Shown one piece after another: positions 28,524 to 37,101 of a DNA stretch of 64,000 bases. The notes under the pieces were generated by a model that saw only the letters and a list, made by a program, of their open reading frames with translations, had not been told where the DNA came from and searched no databases. This DNA is from a virus. Location of the stretch: positions 1 through 64,000 of IMG/VR virus record IMGVR_UViG_3300047548_000772. One strand, given 5' to 3'. The position numbers and the translations under genes are program-made. The number at the start of each line of letters is the position of its first letter. The stretch's first letter is position 1.

Positions 28524-28560
28524 AACCCTAGAATCGAAAGAGACTAGGGTTTTTTGTTTT
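28524..28560 (+). terminator. intrinsic terminator / attenuator
   Basis: AACCCTAG/CTAGGGTT stem followed by U-rich tract. Confidence 0.85.
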
Positions 28561-28833
28561 GTACTGTAGTAAAGTGTAATAGGCAACGCGAGCCTGCTGG
28601 CACTATAAACATCGGCTATAATGAGGGCGGCCTACCGGATGAGAAGGTTACGGCGGTAACGTAACTGGTAAAAAGGTAGCGTAGTAAAGCAGATTGTAGT
28701 CGGTTCAACTCCGGCAGCATCTAGGACGCTAGATGCATAGTCAGCAGTCTGTTTTACTACACACATTCTGGAACCAAATGGGAGTGAAAAGTCCGTGGCG
28801 GAGTGTGTTATAAATCAAGCAGTTACAACGTGG

Positions 28834-28895
28834 TTGACCAGAAATCACCATTTTGCTATAATGTAGTCATAGTAAGTAATAAACGTTCATTAACA
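28834..28895 (+). promoter_or_regulatory. sigma70 promoter plus boxA-like element
   Basis: TTGACC-N17-TATAAT; CGTTCATTAACA at 28884. Confidence 0.75.
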
Positions 28896-29636
28896 ATTTG
28901 GAGAGTGCTAGTTAGTTGTTTACAACCTAGCTGGCACCATAGTAAAGACTATTATAGATGGAGGGCGACCCGTCACTGGATAATCGACAGGAAGTCTATA
29001 GTGGTCTTCACTATGGTAACCTGAAACTTGATACAGAGTAAGTGGGGGAGTAAAGACCCCCGGGCTGATCTGAGTCAAGCGGATAAGAGTTTAAGGTATG
29101 TTGGGCGTCTTGCTCCGATATACTACTCAGGAAATCTGAAGTCATTGTATAGTGTCATGGTTGCATATACCTTGGCTGAACGGTGGAACTACTCGAATGT
29201 GTGCGCACACAAGCTGAGACTATCACTAAGTAGGTTAGGACAAGGTGGTCTAGGTTCGATTCCTAGTACAATGGCTATACTCAACATGAACGCAGACGTC
29301 TAATAGACTATCTGTAATTAGTGCAAACTAGTTTAGAGTTGGTCTAGCCAAAACCAACTCACCATATTAAAGCACATTGGTCCGGAACTTGGTGGTTGGT
29401 TGAAGTCCAACGACGAGGCATCATTGGCAGCATGGTAAGATCCTAGTGTGTTCTAATATGGTTTACGAGTAGACCCAGGACGGGGTGTGGTGATTACCAT
29501 CATTCTAGATTCCTTGAGGTTCGAGTCCTCTGCTACTCTCTGGGGCAAACAGCAGGGCCTGAGATGGCCAGCTCAACGGTTGTTAGTGACGATGGGTGGT
29601 ATCGGAACTATCAAGAACAATAAAGCCTAACCGGGC

Positions 29637-29702
29637 TTGACAACAAATAGCATTATTGCTATACTGTTGAAACTGTAGTAAAGCAATAACTGATCTTTAA
29701 CA
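29637..29702 (+). promoter_or_regulatory. sigma70 promoter plus boxA-like element
   Basis: TTGACA-N17-TATACT; TGATCTTTAACA at 29691. Confidence 0.75.
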
Positions 29703-29986
29703 ATTTAGTAGATATACACATGCACACAAATGCGTAGGCCACGCAGATATGGCGGGTACATAGCAAAGTTCCCTGTAACAGGGCTTTGTTGGCAGGTTCG
29801 AGTCCTGTGAGTGTGCAGTTGTATATCTATTAAACCATATTGAAGCATACTTTTGCCTAAATAGGGTGCCAACTTCACCCGAAGCACAAGGAAGTCTAGG
29901 AGTAGCTACCTAGCAGGATTGTGCGAAGTCACAGACGACATTGGCAATCGTTTGGGAGTGTGCTACAATATGGTTTAAAAGGATTT

Positions 29987-30845
29987 GGGGGCATAGCCTC
30001 GTTAGAATAACTGTCGCGAGACAGCCAAAGCAGAGTCGTCCTACACGCCTGCGCCAGCAATGGTTCATCTATGCAAGCCTGCTCACTATGGCGACATAGC
30101 GTTCACTGATAAGACCGGTGGATGTAACAGTGAAGCAAGTGTATGGGGAAGAACGTTTGCTCAAGCGCCAGCAATGGTAACGCAAGTAGACGAAAAGTAA
30201 CAGGTGGTGCTGACTTCCATACAAACCAACTTGTCAACTGGTATGAGAAAGGGTAGTGTTCGTGTCCGAGGTGTCGCAGCCAAGGGCTAGAACGCAATGT
30301 TAGTGGTTAGTGGCAACTGCTGTGAAGCGTTGACATCGATCGCAAAACATGACTGAGTAGACCGCGAGTCAAAAGGTACTTGGTGTGTTGTATTGGGTAT
30401 TCCAAAAGAGTATTCAGCAACTGAGGCAGCACATCATCGTAGGTTGCAACTAGCTCATTGGTAGAGCATCTCAATGTTAATGAGACGGCAGTTGGTTCAA
30501 ATCCAACGTTGTTTACAAAAATGCAAAGTCTGCCTCTCGTGGTAACGAAAATGGCCTAATACTTGACACGTAAGTGAATCAAGTTACCTAAATGCCGCAA
30601 GCAAATAGGTATCGGTTAGAATAATTTCGTAAGGGTTTAGCGACCTTGAACTGCTCGCAAGGCAGACGGAATTTGAATAGTCGAGTAGTTATCACGGTAA
30701 CGAGAAAAGCAACTCGTAAAAATGCGGCCATGGTATTGGACTTATCTACCGCAAGGGGGTAAGTGGATGAGAAAGGAAAGTTTCCCGCAAGGAGATCATA
30801 ATCTTTCGAGGCAATACTAGGATTCCGTATAATCTCAGCGGCTTC
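29987..30845 (+). ncRNA. probable GOLLD RNA
   Basis: ~860 nt, many GNRA hairpins, segments matching recalled GOLLD consensus (CAAACCAAC, AAAACATG..GAGTAG, GCAACTGAG..AGCACATC, GAATAGTCGAGTA, TAATCTCAGCG); beside tRNAs; ends approximate. Confidence 0.72.
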
Positions 30846-30897
30846 ACTTTAAAACAGCAGACTTTGCGTTTTGATAAATAAGTAGGCAGGAGAAATT

Positions 30898-31452
30898 ATG
30901 TTCTACTTATATCAGATCACAAACACTAAAAACGGTAAGATATACGTCGGAGTTCACAAGACAAGTAATCCAAACGATGATTATATGGGGTCAGGGCATT
31001 TAATAAAACGTGCAATTAACAAGTACGGTAAGGAAAACTTTACTAAGACTATACTTGCATCGTTTAAAAATAGAGAAGACGCATATAAAGCAGAGTCCGA
31101 AATAGTTACACCCGAATTCTTGTTACGCGAAGATGTGTATAACATTAATAAAGGCGGCGACGGTGGTTACTACCATGTAAACCAATCTAAAACCCCAGAA
31201 CAAAGAACAACTCATTCTCGTCTTGGTGCTGTAGCAATACACTCAAGAACTGAGGAAGAAAAACAAGCAACGTTTAGTAAAATCAGTGCAGCACTAACTG
31301 GTAAGAAATATAGAAAAGGTGTTATAACAACACCAGAAGAAACAAGTAGAAAACGTAAGGAAAAAATGGTAGGGAAGAAATTACACCCTATCACAAGAAA
31401 ATGGGTTAGTAGAGAAGAATATGATGCCTACATCAATTCAACAGCCTGCTAA
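30898..31452 (+). CDS. GIY-YIG homing endonuclease (Seg-like)
   Basis: YLYQITNTKNGKIYVGVH, YMGSG, VYNINKGG; ATAAATA at 30874. Confidence 0.9.
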   Translation: MFYLYQITNTKNGKIYVGVHKTSNPNDDYMGSGHLIKRAINKYGKENFTKTILASFKNREDAYKAESEIVTPEFLLREDVYNINKGGDGGYYHVNQSKTPEQRTTHSRLGAVAIHSRTEEEKQATFSKISAALTGKKYRKGVITTPEETSRKRKEKMVGKKLHPITRKWVSREEYDAYINSTAC

Positions 31453-31979
31453 CTTATGGTTCCGTAGCAATACGGGCCATATTGAAACACACTAAAGATA
31501 AGCCGGTACTGGTTCGAAACAGGACGCCTCGTTTAGTGTGTTTCGATATGGTAAAGAGGTGTACAACTCTTCCTTCCGGTGGTGGAAATTTACCTGTACA
31601 GGGAAAAACCGGTGCCATATTGAAACATACTGCATAAGTGACGGCGGGCAAACAGTTGAGTACGCAACTGTCGGCAAAGTGTGTTTCCATATGGTGAATA
31701 AACGGGGGATACGCTGACGATGTTTTGCGTATCTTAAACGACGGTAACATAACATCCGCGCCCCTTACGAGTTTTGCAAGTGTTAGCAAGAGAACGGCAC
31801 GTTAGCAAGGTGTTCGAAAACCGAGCTAATGTAAAGCAGTGGAGGGCGCGAATCCCTAGCAAAAAATAAGGGACACTGGCTTAGTACCCCAAGTAACGGA
31901 TCACCACCTGGCCCGGGCTTAATGCAATCAGGTGAATGGTAGAGATAAAGGTGACTCTACTACTTGCAAAATCTTTAAT

Positions 31980-32064
31980 GGGTAGGTGGGTGAGTGGTTA
32001 AAACCATCAGACTGTAAATCTGACGCCTCCGGCTACGCTGGTTCGAATCCAGCCCTGCCCACCA
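31980..32064 (+). tRNA. tRNA-Tyr(GUA)
   Basis: cloverleaf, variable arm, CCA. Confidence 0.96.
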
Positions 32065-32086
32065 CTTTGTAGCACAGCAAATTTTT

Positions 32087-32162
32087 GCTCCTATCGTCTA
32101 GAGGCCTAGGACACCACCCTTTCACGGTGGATACAGGGGTTCGAATCCCCTTGGGAGTGCCA
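32087..32162 (+). tRNA. tRNA-Glu(UUC)
   Basis: cloverleaf, CCA. Confidence 0.96.
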
Positions 32163-32282
32163 GTTCCGGTCTGAGGTCGCTCCTCAGCGCAAACGTCAGC
32201 GTAGGCGTGACAGCCGAGGGAGAGTCCACGGACATATTCAAAAATATCTCAGTGCGCAATAACTCCTATTAAATAGAAAGTT

Positions 32283-33248
32283 ATGAAAAAAATATTAATT
32301 CTAGGCGCAGGCGGATTTATTGGAACACACTTAACCAATGATCTAAAAAACAAAGGTCACTATGTTATTGGAGCAGACTTAAAGTATCCTAAGTTTTCCA
32401 AAACAACTGCAGATGAGTTTTATATTGCCGACCTGCGCGACACAATCGCAGTAGAAAAATTAATTACGTCTGACATTGACATGATTTATCAACTAGCAGC
32501 CGACATGGGCGGCGCTGGATATATCTTTGTTGGCAACAATGACGCCGATATAATGCATAATTCAGCAAAGATTAATATCAATGTTGTAGAAGCAATGGTC
32601 AAGTCAGGTGTAAAAAATGTATTATTCACGTCCAGTGCATGTGTTTACCCACAGGGCAACCAAGAAAATTTAGATACACTTTGTATTACAGAATCATCAG
32701 CATACCCGGCCGATCCAGACAGTGATTATGGCTGGGAAAAATTGTTTAGTGAAAGATTGTATCTAGCATTTGCTCGTAACTACAATCTTAATGTTCGTGT
32801 TGTTAGATTACATAACGTGTTTGGTCCACTTTGTAGTTGGAACGACGGGCGTGAAAAGTCCCCAGCAGCATTGTGCCGTAAAGTTGCAATGGCCAAAAAC
32901 AACGACACCATTGACGTATGGGGTGATGGCACTCAAGTTAGAAGCTTTTTGTTCATTGATCAATGTTTAGAAGGAATTCAACGCATAGTCGATGGCAATT
33001 ATTGTCAACCTCTGAACTTAGGCAGCGATAGAATGATTTCTATCAATGACCTTGCTAAACTAATATCAACTATAGCCGAGAAGCAAATAACTATTAACAA
33101 TATTCCTGGTCCAAAAGGCGTTAACTTTAGAACCAGCGACAATACATTAATTAATGAACAATTGGGTTGGTGCCCAAAAGACAATCTAGAATACGGATTA
33201 CAAAAAACGTATTTCTGGATATTAGATCAAATTAAGGATTCTCAATGA
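32283..33248 (+). CDS. NAD-dependent epimerase (GDP-mannose 3,5-epimerase-like)
   Basis: GAGGFIG, LAADMGGAGYI, YGWEK. Confidence 0.92.
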   Translation: MKKILILGAGGFIGTHLTNDLKNKGHYVIGADLKYPKFSKTTADEFYIADLRDTIAVEKLITSDIDMIYQLAADMGGAGYIFVGNNDADIMHNSAKININVVEAMVKSGVKNVLFTSSACVYPQGNQENLDTLCITESSAYPADPDSDYGWEKLFSERLYLAFARNYNLNVRVVRLHNVFGPLCSWNDGREKSPAALCRKVAMAKNNDTIDVWGDGTQVRSFLFIDQCLEGIQRIVDGNYCQPLNLGSDRMISINDLAKLISTIAEKQITINNIPGPKGVNFRTSDNTLINEQLGWCPKDNLEYGLQKTYFWILDQIKDSQ

Positions 33249-34387
33249 ACGTAGGTATTATTGGTGTAGGTAAGTTAGGTCTTGCTTATGCATTGGTTTT
33301 TGAACAACTAGGTCACAATGTTGTGGCTAGTAGCTATAAACAAGATTATGTTGATCAGTTATTAAAAAAACAAATCGACAGTCCTGAGCCCGGCATCGAA
33401 GAGTCTCTAAAAAAATCAAACATCGATTTTACCATTGACAACCATCATGTTATCAACTTGTGTGATATAATTTATGTTATGGTTGCTACTCCGAGTACAC
33501 CTGAAGGTGACTACGATGTTTCTGCTGTTGATTTAGTAGTGCAAGATTTTATTAACCACCAAGGTCCAGTCGCTGGTAAGATTCTAATTGTAGGTAGTAC
33601 TGTTAACCCAGGAAACTGCCAAAAGATTCAAGAATTACTAAATCCATTTGGTGTTAATGTCGTATATTGTCCTACATTTGCAGCACAAGGAACTGTAATG
33701 CGTAACATTCGAGATCCAAAAAGTTTACTTTTAGGCACAAACAATGTCGAAGTTGCAGAACAATGTAGGAAACTATTTATCGAAGTGTGTGGCGAAGATA
33801 CACCTGTGCACATTGTTGAACCAACAACTGCTGAGATTTTAAAACTAGCAGGAAATTGCAAAGCCACACTCGAAATTAGTTTCTTTAACATGATTTCACA
33901 AATCGTAATTAATGCTGGATTAAAACACAATTTAGATCAAGTTGATAGATACTTAAATCTTGTCAAAACCAAACAACAATGGGGCCACGGATTTGGATTC
34001 GGCGGACCTTGTTTTCCCCGAGACAATCGCTCAATGGTGCATTACGCAAACAAGTTAGGCATCGACTTTCGATTAGGCAATACCATTGATGAATTCAATC
34101 AACAACACGTTAAATTCTTGACTAATTATTTCCTACAAGACAACATCAATGACTTGCCTTACTACTTTGAGTATATTACCTACAAACCAGGTGTTAACAT
34201 TCTCGAAGAAAGTCATCAACTAAAAGTCTGTAAGAAGTTACTCGAGGCTGGCAAACAAGTCTATGTCGAAAATACAAAGTTCTTGTTACCGTTTATCATT
34301 GACGAATTATCGGCGCAATATCCAAACATCGAGTTCGTTACCCTAGCAGAAAAAAACATTCCTGTATATAACGTAACCGCATACTAA
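33245..34387 (+). CDS. UDP-glucose/GDP-mannose dehydrogenase family protein
   Basis: GVGKLG, VATPS, STVNPG, GFGGPCFPRD. Confidence 0.92.
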   Translation: MNVGIIGVGKLGLAYALVFEQLGHNVVASSYKQDYVDQLLKKQIDSPEPGIEESLKKSNIDFTIDNHHVINLCDIIYVMVATPSTPEGDYDVSAVDLVVQDFINHQGPVAGKILIVGSTVNPGNCQKIQELLNPFGVNVVYCPTFAAQGTVMRNIRDPKSLLLGTNNVEVAEQCRKLFIEVCGEDTPVHIVEPTTAEILKLAGNCKATLEISFFNMISQIVINAGLKHNLDQVDRYLNLVKTKQQWGHGFGFGGPCFPRDNRSMVHYANKLGIDFRLGNTIDEFNQQHVKFLTNYFLQDNINDLPYYFEYITYKPGVNILEESHQLKVCKKLLEAGKQVYVENTKFLLPFIIDELSAQYPNIEFVTLAEKNIPVYNVTAY

Positions 34388-34533
34388 AATGTTTAGCTGG
34401 CCAGACTGGTTATACAAACTGTGGGCACTATTTCTAAGATGTATCTTAGTGCCCCTTAGTTTACCCGTTCGTGCAGTCGAGCGGTTGACAGGAAATACGT
34501 TTCCGCGCAATAATATTGAAAAATACAGAACAA

Positions 34534-34610
34534 GCACCGTTAGATCAGTTGGTTAGATCGTCTGCCTGTCACGCAGAAGGCCAGGGGTTCGAGTCCCCTA
34601 CGGTGCGCCA
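34534..34610 (+). tRNA. tRNA-Asp(GUC)
   Basis: cloverleaf, CCA. Confidence 0.96.
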
Positions 34611-34798
34611 TAATTTAGTATAGACGCTGAGATCAGAAGGCAAACGAGTACCCAGGGCTCCGCAGTAATGGATCATGGTTTTAAGCCCGTAACGGTAGAA
34701 AACTCTCTCAAGCGAGACAATCCTGCAAGGGCTACCCAGGTAGCATAGCAGGGCGACTAAATCGCATTGGGGGGTGTGCGAAATCACCTCCCACCAAT

Positions 34799-34883
34799 TA
34801 CCGGTTCGCATAGCGGCGATTGCAGCGGTCTCCAAAACCGCCGACGGAAGTCCACGGGGGTTCGAGTCCCTCACCGGTAGCCA
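34799..34883 (+). tRNA. tRNA with CCA (Trp) anticodon and long variable arm
   Basis: GCGGT-CT-CCA-AA-ACCGC, GAC-GGAA-GTC variable stem, G73-CCA. Confidence 0.85.
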
Positions 34884-34919
34884 AACAACTGTAATTGTCA
34901 GATGTGAGAGAAAGGAAAA

Positions 34920-35123
34920 TTGACAATGTATCGAATAGTATATGATGATCAAGAAGAAGTTTTTGCTAGCCTTGGGTTAGCAATGGAACGGGCACAAGCC
35001 ATTCCACACTTTGTAACCATTTCAGGTAATGGTTATGATATAGTAGGGCGTTTTGGTGTAGATGCTGTTGTAGCAGGAGTACTGCCTAATGGCACAGACT
35101 ACACTTGGCGTAAACGTAGATAA
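34920..35123 (+). CDS. small hypothetical protein
   Basis: AAGGA RBS. Confidence 0.6.
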   Translation: MTMYRIVYDDQEEVFASLGLAMERAQAIPHFVTISGNGYDIVGRFGVDAVVAGVLPNGTDYTWRKRR

Positions 35124-35469
35124 AGGAGAGTATTGTGGCACACAAGCAACAAGGTATCCGTACTCCGAGCCCTCAATGGTGGAAACACTTGCGAGATTGG
35201 AAGCGTGTGTTTTGGAAGGCAGAACGCCAAGCGCACAAAAAGGAAATGAATAAACAAAAAGGAGAGTAGCATGAAGGCATGGTATCGCAAGTACAATGAT
35301 CGACAGTTAAACTCTAGTACATATCACAAAAAGGATGGCACAAATATTCGTGCTAAACTTAAACAATTTTATAAAAAGGAAATGACATGAAACGTGCGAA
35401 ACGTTAGTGTCGACTCTGGAACCCGTATGGTCCTTAGTCGGCACGTAAAATAAATTTACATACGACTAT

Positions 35470-35545
35470 CCCTTTCAGGTGTTGTTGGTAGCATACATGA
35501 CTCTTAATCATCGAGGGCAGAGTTCAAATCTCTGGGGAGGGACCA
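35470..35545 (+). tRNA. tRNA-Lys(CUU)
   Basis: cloverleaf with G-U pairs, CCA. Confidence 0.85.
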
Positions 35546-35548
35546 TAT

Positions 35549-35624
35549 GGGAGTATGGTGAAATGGTTATCACAGCAGACTTTTAATCTGCCAGTTCAGG
35601 GTTCGAGTCCCTGTGCTCCTACCA
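35549..35624 (+). tRNA. tRNA-Lys(UUU)
   Basis: cloverleaf, CCA. Confidence 0.95.
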
Positions 35625-35729
35625 TATAGAAACACATTAGTCCGGGTCATGTTGGTTGGTTGAAGTCCAACGAAAAGGCAGCATTGGCGACATGGTAAGA
35701 TCCTAGTGTGCTTCTATATGGTAAACAAT

Positions 35730-35804
35730 TCTCGTGTAGCTCAGTGGTAGAGCAGCGGCTTGATAAGCCGTTGGTCACAAGTTCAAATCTTGTCGCGAGA
35801 ACCA
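35730..35804 (+). tRNA. tRNA-Ile(GAU)
   Basis: cloverleaf, CCA. Confidence 0.95.
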
Positions 35805-35814
35805 TACAATTTGT

Positions 35815-35891
35815 TGGGGATTAGCCAAGTCTGGTAAGGCAGCGGATTTTGATTCCGCCATGCAGAGGTTCGAATCCTTTATCCCCAGCCA
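35815..35891 (+). tRNA. tRNA-Gln(UUG)
   Basis: cloverleaf, U1-A72, CCA. Confidence 0.95.
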
Positions 35892-36023
35892 AACAGTTAA
35901 GCCTGGCGGGGGTATATCACTTGCTCGTAGTACCGTAGTTATATGGTGAGCAACATCGGTAGGGTGCGAGGCCCTATGGGTTTGCCGTTAATCCCAACAC
36001 GCCCCGGAGGTAACGGCACTAAT

Positions 36024-36098
36024 GGTGTTGTTAGTGTAGTGGTAACACGACGGATTGTGATTCCGTTATCACGAGTTCGAACCTCGTACGACACCCCA
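36024..36098 (+). tRNA. tRNA-His(GUG)
   Basis: G-1/C73, cloverleaf. Confidence 0.95.
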
Positions 36099-36201
36099 AA
36101 ATTCGGATAAATGTATCCAAAACTTGTCAACGAAACATAGCTCTCCTGCGTTAATAGTAGTGTAAGCACAACGCTTACAGTTCATTCTAAAGGAGACTAA
36201 C

Positions 36202-36417
36202 ATGAACAAGTTTGCCGTTATTGTAGCATCACTATTTGCTGTAACCGCTTTTGCTGCCGAGCCAGCTAAAACCGAAACCAAGGTCGAAGCCAAACCCGCT
36301 GTAACTGCTCCTGCTAAGGAAGTTAAAAAGGACGCAACGCCTGCAAAAAGCGAAAAGCCTGCTGTCAAGAACGAAAAAGCGGCAACTAAGCCTGCTGCTG
36401 ATAAGCCAGCAAAGTAA
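36202..36417 (+). CDS. secreted low-complexity Ala/Lys/Pro-rich protein
   Basis: AAGGAG RBS, signal peptide ending AFA, KPA repeats. Confidence 0.75.
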   Translation: MNKFAVIVASLFAVTAFAAEPAKTETKVEAKPAVTAPAKEVKKDATPAKSEKPAVKNEKAATKPAADKPAK

Positions 36418-36633
36418 TCACGAGTTTGAACCTAGCAACGATGTTATACCTGATTCAGATGACTTAGATATACATCGTAGTTATAGTAGACCCAAACTTA
36501 TCACTGTTGATCCGGACGACAGTGATATTTCAGATCGCGTAAAACTCAGATTATTTCTTGCTCGACAAAAGGCTGTCGAAAAACACAGAGAGGTTTGGGG
36601 CACAACCGCCCTTTAACCTCTCTTCTATTTTAT

Positions 36634-36711
36634 GGTGCAGTGGCCGAGTGGACCAAGGCAACTGTCTGCAAAACAGTAAAACCACAAGTTCGAATCTTGT
36701 CTGCACCTCCA
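36634..36711 (+). tRNA. tRNA-Cys(GCA)
   Basis: cloverleaf, U73-CCA. Confidence 0.95.
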
Positions 36712-36714
36712 ACG

Positions 36715-36894
36715 CTAACGGTTGTGTCCTCGTATAAACCAGGATTCTTGATACAACTGTTTTCTAACTTCATCTTCGCTGTAATCAAACGTCTGGCTAC
36801 ACAGTGAAATAAATTTTTCGTGATCTTGCTCTATTTCGTGTAGACTTTGCCCTTGGCACCAACCGTGGTACAATGCTCTTGCATATTCTATCAT
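36715..36894 (-). CDS. small hypothetical protein
   Basis: minus-strand ORF MIEYARALY... Confidence 0.5.
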   Translation of the reverse strand: MIEYARALYHGWCQGQSLHEIEQDHEKFISLCSQTFDYSEDEVRKQLYQESWFIRGHNR

Positions 36895-37101
36895 AGTATA
36901 AATATTTATAGTGCAACGCAGCATTTAAAAGCCCAGTTAAAGGAACTAGTATGACTGATAAACAAAAGTTGTTAGCAGAAGTACTAAAACTCAAAATGTA
37001 CCTACTAGGTATATCAAATAAGCATCAACTCACTGTTTACACAGAAGATATGCTAGAGCGTGTCAACGACATAATTACAGCAGTAGAAGAATGTCGAGAC
37101 A

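Larger units (their letters stand above)
28561..29830 (+). ncRNA. block of structured, partly tRNA-derived ncRNAs of unknown class
   Basis: long helices (e.g. 28681-28760, 16 bp), T-arm modules, no credible ORFs. Confidence 0.6.

Noticed and set aside
29362-29461. Hammerhead, pistol or twister ribozyme
   Set aside because: Core motifs (e.g. CUGANGA plus GAAA) are not present in the required arrangement.
28803-31789. ORF-track ORFs at 28803, 29028, 29705, 30103, 31454 and 31492
   Set aside because: No RBS, atypical composition, and they overlap structured RNA; likely spurious. The same applies to ORFs spanning tRNAs at 34569, 35939, 36595, 41425, 41628, 44429, 44508, 45911 and 45955-46348.
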